A stretch of 64,000 nt of DNA from a virus, in the IMG/VR virus record IMGVR_UViG_3300030108_004141, positions 1 through 64,000 of that record. One strand, 5' to 3'. Positions 1 through 11,643 of this stretch are shown in pieces. The notes under the pieces were generated by a model. It was not told the DNA's origin. It searched no databases and saw nothing but the letters and a program-made list of their open reading frames with translations. Numbering within the stretch: the first letter of the stretch is position 1; each line of letters starts with the position of its first letter. The translations under genes were made by a program, and so were the position numbers.

Positions 1-45
1 AACTAATTTCGCCAACGCAGCAGTCAAAACTTCATAGGAACGATC

Positions 46-780
46 ATGGCAACTGTAGCAACACATTTAAAACCTAATCTTAAATCAACGTACAATCTTT
101 GGAAGTTACTTTCAAATGGAGATACCGTCACTTGTTATTACATGAACATTCCTAAGAGAGCATACAATGAAATCTATGCTGCACGTGTAGATAGGTCAAA
201 AAAAGAGGCTGCTCAAGCGATAGCAACTTGGTTAAATGCTAATGTAGCGTCATTTACATACACAGTTTTAACATTGGCTGACGGATATACACCTAACTGG
301 TGCGGTTCTCCGGATCTAGAATTGATTCACAAAGCATCGGAAGGTTCGTTTGATAAAGTTGCTCTCTACCACACTGCAGAAGATTTCGACGATGATCATA
401 TTCAACGTCGAAAGGCAGCTGCAAAAATATTTGCAGATGAATATAGTTTCGGTTCTACCCAGCTTGCTTGCCCATTACTCGATGCGAATCTCGGTAGCAT
501 ACACGCTGTTCAGGAACTACCAGCTGATTTGCTATCACTCATTACAGACCCATGGATTTCAGTTCGGCAAGCATATGTTTCAGGGGGAACCTCTAATAAT
601 GAAGTTATTGCTATCGAAAAATCGTTTCATCAGGCGAACAATGCGACATATTGCAGCACTGAAGAAGATGGTTCTTGGTATGTTGATGGTCATCCTAAGT
701 ACTCAAACTGGATTGAGGAAAGTAAGACAGGATACAACTTCCTAACGATTCATCCGTATTACAAGTATCTAACAGCCTAA
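46..780 (+). CDS. hypothetical protein
   Basis: 244-aa ORF with AGGA RBS, directly upstream of the neck genes; no motif recognised. Confidence 0.75.
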   Translation: MATVATHLKPNLKSTYNLWKLLSNGDTVTCYYMNIPKRAYNEIYAARVDRSKKEAAQAIATWLNANVASFTYTVLTLADGYTPNWCGSPDLELIHKASEGSFDKVALYHTAEDFDDDHIQRRKAAAKIFADEYSFGSTQLACPLLDANLGSIHAVQELPADLLSLITDPWISVRQAYVSGGTSNNEVIAIEKSFHQANNATYCSTEEDGSWYVDGHPKYSNWIEESKTGYNFLTIHPYYKYLTA

Positions 781-783
781 GAT

Positions 784-791
784 TATAAATA
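784..791 (+). promoter_or_regulatory. T4-type late promoter TATAAATA
   Basis: Exact consensus, intergenic, before gp13; gp55 is encoded in the window. Confidence 0.85.
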
Positions 792-819
792 GCCTCAGAA
801 ATAATTTTCGGAGGCTCGG

Positions 820-1563
820 ATGGCTATACCTACCTCAAGAAGCACGTTCAAGGATTATTGCCTTCGTCGACTAGGATCGCCTGTAATTGATATCAATGTG
901 GACGAAGAGCAAACTCAAGATCGTATAGACGATGCTCTCGCTAAGTTCCGCGATTATCATTACGATGGAACAGAGCGTGTCCTGATATCACATGAGGTCA
1001 CACAAACAGATAAGGATAATGGATACATCACTCTTGAAGAGGATGTTGTTGGTGTTATACGTGTTCTAGATATCGGAGATGCAATAAATGCCTCAAATCT
1101 TTTTAATATCCGATATCAGATTCATCTAAATGATTTATTCGATTTTTCGAGCAGCTCTTATGTGAGTTATGTTATGGCTATGCGTCATGTCGAAACTCTC
1201 GAAGAAATATTCGTAGGATCTAAGCCAATCAGATTTAACAGGCACAAAGACCAACTACACATTGACATGCAATGGTCGGAGGATGTAGCACTCGGTGAGT
1301 ATATAATAATTGATGGATATAAGACTTTAGATCCAGATGTTTATGCTGATGTGTGGAATGATCCTTGGCTTAAGAAGTATGCAACTGCCCTGATCAAACG
1401 ACAATGGGGTGAGAACCTCAAAAAGTTTGAGGGAATGCAACTTCCAGGCGGGATACAGTTCAACGGTCAAAAAATATGGGAAGAGGCGACTGAAGAAATT
1501 AATAAAATTGAGGAAGAACTGAATAGCACACATAGCTTGCCTGTTATGGATATGGTTGGATAA
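820..1563 (+). CDS. gp13: neck protein gp13
   Basis: YCLRRLGSPVIDINV, KRQWGENLKKFEGMQLPGG motifs; synteny 13-14-15-16-17. Confidence 0.92.
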   Translation: MAIPTSRSTFKDYCLRRLGSPVIDINVDEEQTQDRIDDALAKFRDYHYDGTERVLISHEVTQTDKDNGYITLEEDVVGVIRVLDIGDAINASNLFNIRYQIHLNDLFDFSSSSYVSYVMAMRHVETLEEIFVGSKPIRFNRHKDQLHIDMQWSEDVALGEYIIIDGYKTLDPDVYADVWNDPWLKKYATALIKRQWGENLKKFEGMQLPGGIQFNGQKIWEEATEEINKIEEELNSTHSLPVMDMVG

Positions 1564-1566
1564 TAA

Positions 1567-2397
1567 ATGACCACTAATAAGTATTTCAACAACTTCACAT
1601 ATGGACGTGAGCAAGATACCCAAGACGATTTGATTGTTGAGTCAATCAAAATTTACGGTCAGGATGTCAAGTACATGCCACGCACACTTGTAAAGGAGGA
1701 TGACTTATTTGGTGAGGATATTTTATCGAAGTTTGAAACTGCAGTCGATCTCGAAATGTATATCAAAAATACGACCGGATTTGAGGGAGAGGGCGACTTT
1801 CTTTCTAAATTTGGGCTAGAGATCCGAGACCAAGTTACATTTACGATGGCGAGAAAACGCTGGGATCAAATCACAACAGAAAAACTTATCGACGAGGTTG
1901 GTTTCAACTATCAGATAGAAACTGCAAACACTGGTGCTTATTCCAACTCACACTCACTTATGCTAGAAACAGGCTCGGCGAATGGATACTCTATCACATC
2001 GAGTAGACCTAACGAGGGAGATCTGATATTTTTCCCCCTTAATGAAAAGCTCTATGAAATAAAGTTTGTGGAGCATGAGGAAATATTCTATCCTCACGGT
2101 AAGCTCTATACATATGATTTAGCATGTGAGTTGTTCCAGTACAGCAGTCAACAGCTAGATACTGGCAACACTGCCATAGATTCACTCGAGTTGAGTTACT
2201 CAGCAGATCAGTTGTTCTATCAGTTTACATTAGAAAACGGCGATACGCTGACTGGCGAAGATGGTGATTATATCGTTCAGGAATACAGGCTCGAAACTAC
2301 AGACAACGCAGCAAACAACGAGTTCTTCACGCAACAGTCGCTCGATTTTATTGACTTCAGCGAAACGAATCCTTTTTCGGAGGTCGATAGATACTAA
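1567..2397 (+). CDS. gp14: neck protein gp14
   Basis: DLIVESIKIYGQDVKYMPR, FLSKFGLEIRD, C-terminal DFSETNPF. Confidence 0.92.
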   Translation: MTTNKYFNNFTYGREQDTQDDLIVESIKIYGQDVKYMPRTLVKEDDLFGEDILSKFETAVDLEMYIKNTTGFEGEGDFLSKFGLEIRDQVTFTMARKRWDQITTEKLIDEVGFNYQIETANTGAYSNSHSLMLETGSANGYSITSSRPNEGDLIFFPLNEKLYEIKFVEHEEIFYPHGKLYTYDLACELFQYSSQQLDTGNTAIDSLELSYSADQLFYQFTLENGDTLTGEDGDYIVQEYRLETTDNAANNEFFTQQSLDFIDFSETNPFSEVDRY

Positions 2398-3272
2398 TGT
2401 TTGGGTCGCAGTTTTATAATCAATCGATTCGCAAATATGTTGTCATGTTCGGCAACATGTTTAACGATATCGTTGTTCAGAGACTTAACAACTCAGGAAC
2501 TGTAATACAGTCTATCGCCGTTCCGATTGCCTATGGACCGAAAGAAAAATTTCTTGTTAGAATAAGTCAAGATCCTAATTTAGACCGCGAGGTGGCGTTA
2601 CAACTTCCACGTATGGGGTTTGAGGTTGTTAGTTATACATACGATTCGACTCGAAGACTACAGCAAACGATAAAAAATTCATCGGTTTCGACATCAGATT
2701 CAACAGTAAAGAACTATCAATTTACACCAGTGCCATACAATATTGGTGTAGCACTATCTATTTTCGTTCAAAACGCCGATGATGGTGCACAAATATTAGA
2801 GCAAATCTTACCGTTTTTCGGACCTGAGTGGACTAATACAGTCAACCTCATTCCATCCATGAATATTAAGATGGATATTCCGACTATATTGAACGATGTT
2901 GCGGTTGAGGATACTTATGAGGGTGACTTCGTTTCTCGTCGTGCCTTAATATACACACTCAACTTCACTATCAAAGGATACTTCTATGGACCCATACGCA
3001 GCTCTGGTCTTATCACAAGAGTTCAAGTCGACTTGGCAGCAGCGAATGGTGTGGGTGATGTCACCTCTACTGATATCGGTAGAACTGGTCGCTCCAGTAG
3101 GATAGTCATAGTTCCTGGGCAGTTAGCTAATGGTTCGCCGACCGCTAACTCGGCTGCATCCGTCGATCGTTCTTTGATTAGCGCAAACAGTAACTTCGGA
3201 TTCGCTGTAAATACGTTCTTCTTCACTGATGGATTAGATTACAATCCTAAAACAGGGAATGATGAGCCATGA
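2397..3272 (+). CDS. gp15: tail sheath stabiliser / terminator gp15
   Basis: FYNQSIRKYVVMFGNMFNDI, VPIAYGPKEKF, QILEQILPFF. Confidence 0.92.
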   Translation: MFGSQFYNQSIRKYVVMFGNMFNDIVVQRLNNSGTVIQSIAVPIAYGPKEKFLVRISQDPNLDREVALQLPRMGFEVVSYTYDSTRRLQQTIKNSSVSTSDSTVKNYQFTPVPYNIGVALSIFVQNADDGAQILEQILPFFGPEWTNTVNLIPSMNIKMDIPTILNDVAVEDTYEGDFVSRRALIYTLNFTIKGYFYGPIRSSGLITRVQVDLAAANGVGDVTSTDIGRTGRSSRIVIVPGQLANGSPTANSAASVDRSLISANSNFGFAVNTFFFTDGLDYNPKTGNDEP

Positions 3273-3664
3273 AAACTCAGCTCGAAAAAAACTTAGAGGA
3301 TATGCTTAATCTGCCAGTCGAAAAACAAATCGCAGATGAGCAGGTTCCTGTAGTTATAAAGAACAATGATTATGAGTTCGCTCGAGAAAACCTTCACGAC
3401 ATAATCGGTAAAGGGTCAAAGGCTCTTGACGAGTTATGCGATGTTGCTAATGCGAGCCAACATCCACGCGCATACGAGGTTGTTAGCACGCTGATAAAGA
3501 CACTGAGTGATGCAAACTCAAACCTACTCGATATACAAAAGAAAAAGAAAGATATCGAAAAAGAGGATGATAAAGGTCCAAACAAAGTGACTAACAATCT
3601 ATTCGTTGGTAGCACTGCAGATCTTCAAAAAATAGTTAATCCGAGGAAAGTCATAGATGGCTGA
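3269..3664 (+). CDS. gp16: terminase small subunit gp16
   Basis: DYEFARENL, HPRAYEV, NNLFVGSTADLQK. Confidence 0.92.
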   Translation: MKTQLEKNLEDMLNLPVEKQIADEQVPVVIKNNDYEFARENLHDIIGKGSKALDELCDVANASQHPRAYEVVSTLIKTLSDANSNLLDIQKKKKDIEKEDDKGPNKVTNNLFVGSTADLQKIVNPRKVIDG

Positions 3665-5276
3665 AACATACCTCGGTAACCCACTTCTAAAAGCTCCTGG
3701 CGTTCAAATTGATTTTACGAAGGAACAAATCGAAGAGTATGTCAAATGTGCGAAGGATGCCAAGTATTTCATAGAAACTTACATTAAAATTGTCAATGTT
3801 GATAAAGGTTTAGTTTCCTTCAATCTCTATGACTTTCAGGAAAAAATGGTTGACACGTTTGTTAATAATCGTTTCACCATATGTAAATTACCACGTCAGA
3901 GCGGTAAGTCTACCACAGTTGTGGGATATATGCTGTGGAATATTCTTTTCAATGACAATCAAAACTGTGCGATTCTAGCTAACAAAGGGCAGCTTGCTCG
4001 CGATCTACTTGGTAAGATACAACTTTCATACGAAAACTTGCCGAAGTGGTTACAGCAGGGTGTTATCACATGGAACAAAGGTAATATAGAACTAGAAAAT
4101 GGATCGAAGGCTGTAGCAGCTTCTACATCATCATCAGCGATTCGAGGTGGTTCATACAACCTGATATTCTTAGATGAGTTCGCATTCGTTGGTATGAACT
4201 TAGCTGAAGAGTTTTTCGCATCCGTGTATCCTACGATATCATCTGGTACCACATCAAAAATTATCATCGTTTCAACGCCTAACGGTCTAAATCATTTCTA
4301 TAAAATGTGGACCGATGCGATGGAGCATCGTAGCAATTATATTCCTATCGAGGTACATTGGCGCGACGTTCCTGGACGAGATGATAAATGGCGTGAAGAA
4401 ACAATAAAAAATACTAGCGAAGATCAGTTTAGACAAGAGTTTGAATGTGAGTTCATAGGTAGTGTAAATACATTGATCGCTCCTACTAAACTTCGAAGTC
4501 TCGCATTTACTGAGTTCAAAAAGGAAGATTGGGGGTTAGATTATTTAGAACAACCTCAGAAAAACCATGCATATGTCATATCTGCCGACGTTTCACACGG
4601 TGTGGGATTAGATTACTCTGCTTTTTCTGTATTTGATGTGACTCAAATACCATATCGGCAAGTGGCAAAGTACAGAAATGCTGAAATATCACCGATGCTT
4701 TTGCCAGAGGTGATACACAGATATGCTAGATGGTATAATGACGCTTTCGTTTTAGTAGAAAATAACGATATCGGAGGTACGGTCGCCGAAACACTACATA
4801 ATGAATTAGAGTATGACAATATGTTGTCTACTGTTATGAAAGGCAGAGCAGGACAACAAATCAGTGGTGGTTTCGGTGGTGGCACTAATTTAGGTGTCCG
4901 AATGTCAAAACAGGTTAAGAGAATCGGTTGTCAGACATTGAAAGATATGATTGAGTCTGATAAGCTAATAGTACAAGATTTTGAAACTATACAGGAGCTG
5001 TCTACATTTGTAGCAAGGAGACAGTCCTACGAAGCTGAAGAAGGCGCACATGATGATGTAGTTATGACGATGGTAGCATTCGCTTGGCTCACGAGGCAAC
5101 CATTTTTTAGAGAATTAACAGATACTGATATCAGGGCAAGACTAGCTGAGGAAAAATATCATGCAATGCTTGATGACTTGACTCCTCCAGGATTTATCGA
5201 TGATGGTCAAAGCGATGATGTCCTGAATATAGAACGTGGGAGAGCTGATGAGGGATTTTGGTCTTCGGGTTTGTAA
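3657..5276 (+). CDS. gp17: terminase large subunit gp17
   Basis: Walker A PRQSGKS, IFLDEFAF, STPNG, RNase H-like ADVSHG and HDDVVM. Confidence 0.97.
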   Translation: MAETYLGNPLLKAPGVQIDFTKEQIEEYVKCAKDAKYFIETYIKIVNVDKGLVSFNLYDFQEKMVDTFVNNRFTICKLPRQSGKSTTVVGYMLWNILFNDNQNCAILANKGQLARDLLGKIQLSYENLPKWLQQGVITWNKGNIELENGSKAVAASTSSSAIRGGSYNLIFLDEFAFVGMNLAEEFFASVYPTISSGTTSKIIIVSTPNGLNHFYKMWTDAMEHRSNYIPIEVHWRDVPGRDDKWREETIKNTSEDQFRQEFECEFIGSVNTLIAPTKLRSLAFTEFKKEDWGLDYLEQPQKNHAYVISADVSHGVGLDYSAFSVFDVTQIPYRQVAKYRNAEISPMLLPEVIHRYARWYNDAFVLVENNDIGGTVAETLHNELEYDNMLSTVMKGRAGQQISGGFGGGTNLGVRMSKQVKRIGCQTLKDMIESDKLIVQDFETIQELSTFVARRQSYEAEEGAHDDVVMTMVAFAWLTRQPFFRELTDTDIRARLAEEKYHAMLDDLTPPGFIDDGQSDDVLNIERGRADEGFWSSGL

Positions 5277-5287
5277 GGCGCGATTTT

Positions 5288-5295
5288 TATAAATA
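5288..5295 (+). promoter_or_regulatory. late promoter TATAAATA
   Basis: Exact consensus upstream of gp18. Confidence 0.85.
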
Positions 5296-5359
5296 ATCCC
5301 GTGATAACAAAAAAACTAAGAAAACTTTGAGTTATTCAGAGAAAAGAGGAGATTGAATT

Positions 5360-7306
5360 ATGCCATTTCAAATTTCTCCTGGCGTTAATGTCAGTGAAAT
5401 TGACCTAACGACGATTGTGCCTGCAGTAGCGACCACGACAGGTGCTATCGCGATGCACTCGATTTGGGGTCCGTCAAATACACGTGTTCTTGTAGATAGC
5501 GAGGATACTTTGGTAAACCAGTTTTTTGTAACTGGTCCAAACTCTAATACAGCTTCAGACTTTTTCACCGCAGCGAACTTTCTCGCATACGGTAACTCAC
5601 TACAAGTTGTTCGTGTTGTTTCTAAATCAACTGGTACACAAGCTCAAAATGCCACAGGTAACTCAGCTAACACCGCAAGAACCTTTATCGAAAACGATGA
5701 TGACTATGACGAAAACTTTTCCTCAGGGATTTCTAACGTAGGTGGCTGGGTAGCGAAATTTCCAGGTGAACTTGGAAACAATATTAGAGTTTCAGTTTGC
5801 CCAAGCTCAGCTGCTTTCGAAAGCACTTTGACAGGTAATGTCGCATTTACAAATAACAGTGTCACGGTTACAGGTAACGGAACAGCATTTAGCACCGAAT
5901 TGATAGTCGGTGATATTATTCTTGCTGGACCCGATAGAACACCACGTAAGGTCGCGACGATTACTAATAACTTCCTGCTCACGCTTCAAACGAAATATGT
6001 TGGTAACAATGTGGTTGCTAATACGACCACTGGTGTTTCGCCAACTCGTCGCTGGGAGTTCTTTAATGAGTTTGATACTGCTCCTGGAACCTCGGACTTC
6101 GCTAGCAAGTTTGGCTCTAGCACCGACGAGCTGCATATTATCGTTGCTGACGAAGACGGTGGTATCTATGGAACTGCGAACTCTGTAATCGAAAGGTTCA
6201 GTAAACTTTCAAAAGCGAGCGATGCGAAAACTGATGATGGCAGCAATAATTTCTATGTTGATGTTATCAATAATACATCGCAGTGGGTTTGGTGGGCTGC
6301 TCATAACGGTACAACAACCAACTGGGGAACAAGAGCTGAACTAGGTAAAACATTCGGTGCTGCTTCTACAGTTAATAATGTTTCTCTGGTTAATGGCAGA
6401 GATGGTCAGGGTCCATCCGACGCAGACTATATCAATGCTCTAGATGAGTTCAAAGATCCAGAGGTTGTGGATATTTCATTCATTCTAAACTCTGCTGGTG
6501 GCGCGACTCGTGCGCTCCACGCGATCGATAATATCGCCGAGTTTAGAAAGGATTGTATCGTATGTATTTCACCAGAGCGTGCCGATGTTGTCAACAACTC
6601 CAGTTACGTTGGTAAAGAAGTCGTAGACACTATCGCTTTCCGTAACAGTCTCAGATCAACTTCATTCGCTTTCATGGATAGTGGATTTAAATATCAGTAT
6701 GACAAATACAACGATGTTTTCCGATATGTTCCGCTGAATGGTGATACCGCTGGTCTCATGGTTCGCTCCGATAATACTCGCGACCCTTGGTACTCACCAG
6801 CTGGATTTAATCGCGGTATTATGAAAAATGTGGTCAAGCTGTCATTCAATCCTAATAAAACGCAGCGTGATGAACTTTATAAAAACGGAATCAATCCTGT
6901 CATTACTCAGGCTGGTCAAGGAACTTTGCTCTTCGGTGATAAAACGATGCTTGATAAGCCGAGTGCTTTTGATCGTATCAATGTGCGTCGGTTGTTCATC
7001 GTTCTTGAAAAAGCGATTGCAACTGCAGCTAAGTTTTCGCTCTTTGAGTTTAATGATGAGTTCACTAGAGCGCAGTTCAGAAACTTGGTCGAGCCTTTCC
7101 TCAGAGATGTTCAGGGTCGTCGTGGTATATTTGACTTCCGTGTCGTATGTGACGAAACCAATAACACTGGCGAGGTAATTGATAGAAACGAGTTTGTCGG
7201 TGATATCTTCATCAAACCTGCTCGTTCAATCAACTTTATCCAACTCAACTTTGTTGCAGTTCGGACTGGTGTTGATTTTTCTGAAATCGTCGGTCAGTTC
7301 GGCTAA
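5360..7306 (+). CDS. gp18: tail sheath protein gp18
   Basis: SPGVNVSEIDLT, PWYSPAGFNRG, DRINVRRLF, IKPARSINFIQLNF. Confidence 0.97.
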   Translation: MPFQISPGVNVSEIDLTTIVPAVATTTGAIAMHSIWGPSNTRVLVDSEDTLVNQFFVTGPNSNTASDFFTAANFLAYGNSLQVVRVVSKSTGTQAQNATGNSANTARTFIENDDDYDENFSSGISNVGGWVAKFPGELGNNIRVSVCPSSAAFESTLTGNVAFTNNSVTVTGNGTAFSTELIVGDIILAGPDRTPRKVATITNNFLLTLQTKYVGNNVVANTTTGVSPTRRWEFFNEFDTAPGTSDFASKFGSSTDELHIIVADEDGGIYGTANSVIERFSKLSKASDAKTDDGSNNFYVDVINNTSQWVWWAAHNGTTTNWGTRAELGKTFGAASTVNNVSLVNGRDGQGPSDADYINALDEFKDPEVVDISFILNSAGGATRALHAIDNIAEFRKDCIVCISPERADVVNNSSYVGKEVVDTIAFRNSLRSTSFAFMDSGFKYQYDKYNDVFRYVPLNGDTAGLMVRSDNTRDPWYSPAGFNRGIMKNVVKLSFNPNKTQRDELYKNGINPVITQAGQGTLLFGDKTMLDKPSAFDRINVRRLFIVLEKAIATAAKFSLFEFNDEFTRAQFRNLVEPFLRDVQGRRGIFDFRVVCDETNNTGEVIDRNEFVGDIFIKPARSINFIQLNFVAVRTGVDFSEIVGQFG

Positions 7307-7332
7307 ATATAGGTAAAGAGGAGATATAGGAT

Positions 7333-7890
7333 ATGCCATTTAATGTAACAGAGTTTGCCTCTGCTGGTCTACCGTTCGGCGGTGCTCGCCCCTCACTATT
7401 CAGTGTAACGGTCGATACTCCAGCTGGGGTTCCAGCAATCGGTGAAAGAATGTCTTTTACCTGTCGTTCTGCTCAGATTCCTGCTAGTATCTTGAGCACT
7501 ATACCCCAAAGATATTTTGGGCGTGAAGTTAAGATGGCTGGTACAAGAACCTTTGAACCATGGACAGTAACAGTTCTCAATGACGAAGATTTTGTGATTC
7601 GTCAGGCAATGGAACAATGGAGTAATGCAATCAATGCTCATCAAGCCAACTTGCGCGATGGTGGTCTTTCAACACTAGCGAGTTATCGCACAACTGCTAC
7701 AGTCAGTCAGTACAATAAAGTTGGCGATGTGGTTCGCACATATGAGTTTATTAACATCTTCCCAACTAATGTCGGAGCGATTGACCTCGATTGGGATAAT
7801 GCTGATGCGATCGAAATTTTCCCTGTTGAGTTTCAGTATGATTACTGGCAGGTGGTTGCTCCAACTACGACTGGCACCTTAGTGGTCTAA
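7333..7890 (+). CDS. gp19: tail tube protein gp19
   Basis: GGARPSLF, WTVTVLNDEDF, FPVEFQYDYW; follows gp18. Confidence 0.95.
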   Translation: MPFNVTEFASAGLPFGGARPSLFSVTVDTPAGVPAIGERMSFTCRSAQIPASILSTIPQRYFGREVKMAGTRTFEPWTVTVLNDEDFVIRQAMEQWSNAINAHQANLRDGGLSTLASYRTTATVSQYNKVGDVVRTYEFINIFPTNVGAIDLDWDNADAIEIFPVEFQYDYWQVVAPTTTGTLVV

Positions 7891-7934
7891 TAGAGCAGCG
7901 ATCAGTTGATCGGGCGACACAAAAATTGCTTGAG

Positions 7935-7970
7935 TGGAGACCGCTAAATAAAGTTGGCGGTCTCCATTTC
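7935..7970 (+). terminator. 13-bp hairpin terminator containing a late-promoter-like CTAAATA
   Basis: TGGAGACCGCTAA/TTGGCGGTCTCCA followed by TTTC, between gp19 and gp20. Confidence 0.6.
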
Positions 7971-7985
7971 TATTAGGAAAAAGAT

Positions 7986-9656
7986 ATGGCAGTTGAATTA
8001 TTTGGATTTAGAATCGGTCGCGCTGACGATGCAGCGCAACGTGCTGAAGAAATACCTTCTTTCGCACCGCCACCGAATGAGGATGGTGCGATTGAAGTTG
8101 CTTCTGGCGGCGTTTATGGTCAGGTTCTTGATGTTGAAGGTACAGCGAAAAATGAGGCAGAACTCGTTACAAAATATCGCGAGCTCTCAATGCAACCTGA
8201 GTGTGAGCGTGCGATCGAAGATATTGTTAATGAAGCCATTGTAACTAATGAACGTTCGGTTCCTGTTGAATTAAATTTGGATCAGGTAAAACAACCAGCG
8301 CGTGTCAAAAATCGCATCCGCGAAGAGTTTTATAAGATTGGCGAGATGCTCGATCTTTCTAATATTTCGTACGATATATTCAAACGATGGTATATCGATG
8401 GGCGTTTGTACTATCATATCATGATCGACGAAAAGAAACCACGCGAAGGAATTAAGGAACTACGTTACATCGATCCTCGTAGGATACGAAAGGTTCGTGA
8501 GCCAGCTAAAAAAATCAATAACAAACCACCGCCACCACGTGGCTTAAAACCTGCACCCGCATACAATGAATATTACTTATACAATCACTCAGGTATTGGT
8601 GCGCAACAGGCGTCACAGGGTATTAAAATTTCACCAGATAGCATATGTCACATTCATTGTGGTTTGATGGATGGTCGAAATAAGATGATCCTCGGTCACT
8701 TGCAAAAAGCAATTAAGCCAATGAATCAACTGCGTATGCTTGAGGATGCTGTTGTTATCTATCGTCTCGCGCGTGCACCCGAGCGAAGAATATTTTACAT
8801 TGATGTTGGTAACTTACCGAAGATGAAAGCCGAGCAATATTTGCGCGACATGATGACGAAACATAAAAATAAACTCGTCTATGATGCAAATACAGGCGAG
8901 GTCAGAGACGATCGTAAGTTTATGACGATGCTCGAAGATTACTGGTTGCCTCGTCGTGAGGGCGGTCGTGGAACCGAAATTACCACACTTCCTGGCGGTC
9001 AGAACCTCGGTGAAATGGAGGACGTAGATTACTTCCGCAAAAAACTTTATATGTCACTCAATGTTCCAGTGTCGAGACTTGAGGCTGATAATGCGTTCAA
9101 CCTTGGTCGAGCCAGTGAAATATCACGCGATGAGTTGAAGTTTACTAAATTTGTCAGTCGTTTACGAAATAGATTCAGCATGCTGTTCGACGAGTTGCTT
9201 GAAATACAACTTGCTCTAACTGGTGTTATGTCTCGCACAGAGTGGCGATCAATGAAAAATAATGTGAAATATGACTTCATGAAAGATAACTATTTCACCG
9301 AACTCAAAGAACAAGAACTCATCAACTCGCGACTTTCCATACTTCAACAAGCTGAAGCATTTGAAGGAAAGTTTTTCTCAGCTGAATGGATTCGCAAAAA
9401 TGTTCTCAGATTCACTGAAGATGAAATCGCTGAGATCGATGCTCAGATAAAGAGCGAAGGAGGTGACTCAGATCAACCTGAGGAAGATCCGCCACAGGAG
9501 GAGGAAGTCAAGCCCGACTCTAATAATCAAATTGTTGAAATACATAGTTCAGTTGAACCAGAAAAACCTCTTTCTGAAGAAGATAAATTACTCATAGAGA
9601 GCATGACTAAAGCTCTAGATAAAGTGACAAAAGACGAGATTAAGGATGATCTATGA
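7986..9656 (+). CDS. gp20: portal protein gp20
   Basis: [37 protein letters not shown]; acidic C-terminal extension. Confidence 0.97.
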   Translation: MAVELFGFRIGRADDAAQRAEEIPSFAPPPNEDGAIEVASGGVYGQVLDVEGTAKNEAELVTKYRELSMQPECERAIEDIVNEAIVTNERSVPVELNLDQVKQPARVKNRIREEFYKIGEMLDLSNISYDIFKRWYIDGRLYYHIMIDEKKPREGIKELRYIDPRRIRKVREPAKKINNKPPPPRGLKPAPAYNEYYLYNHSGIGAQQASQGIKISPDSICHIHCGLMDGRNKMILGHLQKAIKPMNQLRMLEDAVVIYRLARAPERRIFYIDVGNLPKMKAEQYLRDMMTKHKNKLVYDANTGEVRDDRKFMTMLEDYWLPRREGGRGTEITTLPGGQNLGEMEDVDYFRKKLYMSLNVPVSRLEADNAFNLGRASEISRDELKFTKFVSRLRNRFSMLFDELLEIQLALTGVMSRTEWRSMKNNVKYDFMKDNYFTELKEQELINSRLSILQQAEAFEGKFFSAEWIRKNVLRFTEDEIAEIDAQIKSEGGDSDQPEEDPPQEEEVKPDSNNQIVEIHSSVEPEKPLSEEDKLLIESMTKALDKVTKDEIKDDL

Positions 9657-11629
9657 GTGTCGTCAGCGAATTAAAGGAAGCTAAACTTCTTGCTGCAGCT
9701 CTTAAGTTAGCAAAGCAGCACTCGAGTGAAATTATCACTGAGGAGATAGAACTTCTTCGTGAATCGCTTGAAACACAAATAAGAAATATAGAAAAATTCC
9801 ATGAAAGCAGTGTTCTTACTGGACCGAAAGGCGATCCTGGTTTAACTGGACCACAGGGAGAGGTTGGACCACAGGGTATCAAGGGCGATACTGGTGCACG
9901 TGGTTCACGGGGTGAGCGTGGCTTAATAGGTGAGCAGGGTTATCAGGGCGAAACTGGACCGAAAGGCGAAAAGGGAGATCCTGGTCCACAAGGTGAGCGT
10001 GGTTTTATAGGCGAACAGGGTGAGCAAGGTGTGCAGGGTCCAGTTGGACCTATCGGGGCAAGAGGCGAGCGCGGTTTACAGGGTGAAAAAGGCGAAAAAG
10101 GCGAACGTGGTTTGCTTGGGGAACAAGGGTTTCCTGGACCGGAGGGTCCACAAGGTCCACAAGGTGAACAAGGTTTGCTCGGCGAACAAGGTCCACCAGG
10201 ACCTGCAGGTGCAGTCGGACCTCAAGGAGTTCAAGGAGAAACTGGACCGAAAGGTGAAATAGGACCTACTGGACCGAAAGGAGAAAAAGGTGATCCTGGA
10301 TCCGACGCTGATGTAACTAAATTAGAAGAGCGACTCGAGGTAACTGTCAAACAAATCAATGACAGAATTTCTAAAGTTGCTGCAGGAAGCGGCGGCGGTG
10401 GTGGTAGCGGTGAGGTCAGATTAGAATTTTTAGATGATGTTGACAGAGCGACTGCCTTAGTAAACGGAAAGTTCCTCAAATATGACTCTGCATCTGGCAC
10501 GTTCGTTGGTGCTGATGCTGGCGGCAGTCTCACTATAAAAGAAGAGGGAACTAATGTAGGAACTAATATTACAACTCTTGATTTTATCGGATCGACTGTA
10601 ACCGCGTCAGGCAACTCAACTTTTGTAACTATCAACTCTAATCCAGATGCTACTTTTATATCAAACACGGCAGCTAGACTGTTAATAAATGATCGCGCGC
10701 AAGTAGCCAACGTCGCTGCTTTGGCAGCTCTCGCTAATACAAACTCAGCTATCAGCAATCTCAATACAAATCTGACTGGTACAAACACTGCTATTAGAAC
10801 TTTGGTCAGCGACCGATTACAGGTTGCCAATGCTGTGGTAAATCTACGAGATTTGAGCGATGTTGCTAACATAACACCCAGTGATGGTCATTTTTTAAAA
10901 TTTAACAATGCTAATTCAACTTTCACTTTCGCTGCTGCATCTGGTGGTGGGACAGATACCTTGGCGAGAAGCGGGATAACAGCGACGAACACTGCTCTTC
11001 GTTTATTGATAAGTGATAGAGCTCAAGTTGCGAATGTAGTTCTCAAAACTGGCAGCACAATGAGTGGGGACTTGGTCCTTTCGGGTGCTGATGTACAATT
11101 AAATTTAGGTGCTAATACTGCAATCAAACAAGGCTCTGCGAATACTATAGTGTTTCAAACAGGGAAAGCAGCTGGTTTAACTACTACGCTGACTCTTGAT
11201 TCAGAGCAAGATTCTACATTTACAGGTGGAATCGTGATGAACGGTAGCAGTAAATCATTGACTCTTAATAATAACATGCTTGATGAGTTTACTGAGTCTG
11301 CTAGCGCACTAGCCAACTCGGGAACCGCTAAAACACTTGATACTAGCGACAATATCCAACTCTATACATTGAATGGCAACGTAACATTTACACTTCCTGC
11401 TTTATCAACTTATCCTGATAACAGCGTAAAAACTATTACAATTGTTGTGAAGCAGGATGGCTCAGGTAATAGAACTGTAGATTTTTCGGCAACAGATGGA
11501 TTTTCTATAAACAATTCTTCATCTGTTCCACAACCAACCACAGCAGCTAACAAGGTTTCGATATATACCTGTCTCGGAATCAAAGAATTATCGGAGTGGT
11601 TTATTTCATTATCATATATTGATGATTAA
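9653..11629 (+). CDS. collagen-like fibre protein
   Basis: 54 uninterrupted Gly-X-Y triplets, [17 protein letters not shown], Asn/Thr/Ala-rich fibre region, C-terminal QDGSGNRTV; ATGA-coupled to the portal gene. Confidence 0.85.
   Translation: MSVVSELKEAKLLAAALKLAKQHSSEIITEEIELLRESLETQIRNIEKFHESSVLTGPKGDPGLTGPQGEVGPQGIKGDTGARGSRGERGLIGEQGYQGETGPKGEKGDPGPQGERGFIGEQGEQGVQGPVGPIGARGERGLQGEKGEKGERGLLGEQGFPGPEGPQGPQGEQGLLGEQGPPGPAGAVGPQGVQGETGPKGEIGPTGPKGEKGDPGSDADVTKLEERLEVTVKQINDRISKVAAGSGGGGGSGEVRLEFLDDVDRATALVNGKFLKYDSASGTFVGADAGGSLTIKEEGTNVGTNITTLDFIGSTVTASGNSTFVTINSNPDATFISNTAARLLINDRAQVANVAALAALANTNSAISNLNTNLTGTNTAIRTLVSDRLQVANAVVNLRDLSDVANITPSDGHFLKFNNANSTFTFAAASGGGTDTLARSGITATNTALRLLISDRAQVANVVLKTGSTMSGDLVLSGADVQLNLGANTAIKQGSANTIVFQTGKAAGLTTTLTLDSEQDSTFTGGIVMNGSSKSLTLNNNMLDEFTESASALANSGTAKTLDTSDNIQLYTLNGNVTFTLPALSTYPDNSVKTITIVVKQDGSGNRTVDFSATDGFSINNSSSVPQPTTAANKVSIYTCLGIKELSEWFISLSYIDD
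9821..10306 (+). repeat. Gly-X-Y collagen repeat (54 triplets)
   Basis: Translated directly, GPK...GSD. Confidence 0.95.
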
Positions 11630-11643
11630 GAAAGGATTACAAT

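Noticed and set aside
9821-10306. Repetitive DNA as a possible CRISPR-like array
   Set aside because: It is the coding Gly-X-Y repeat; there is no repeat-spacer structure
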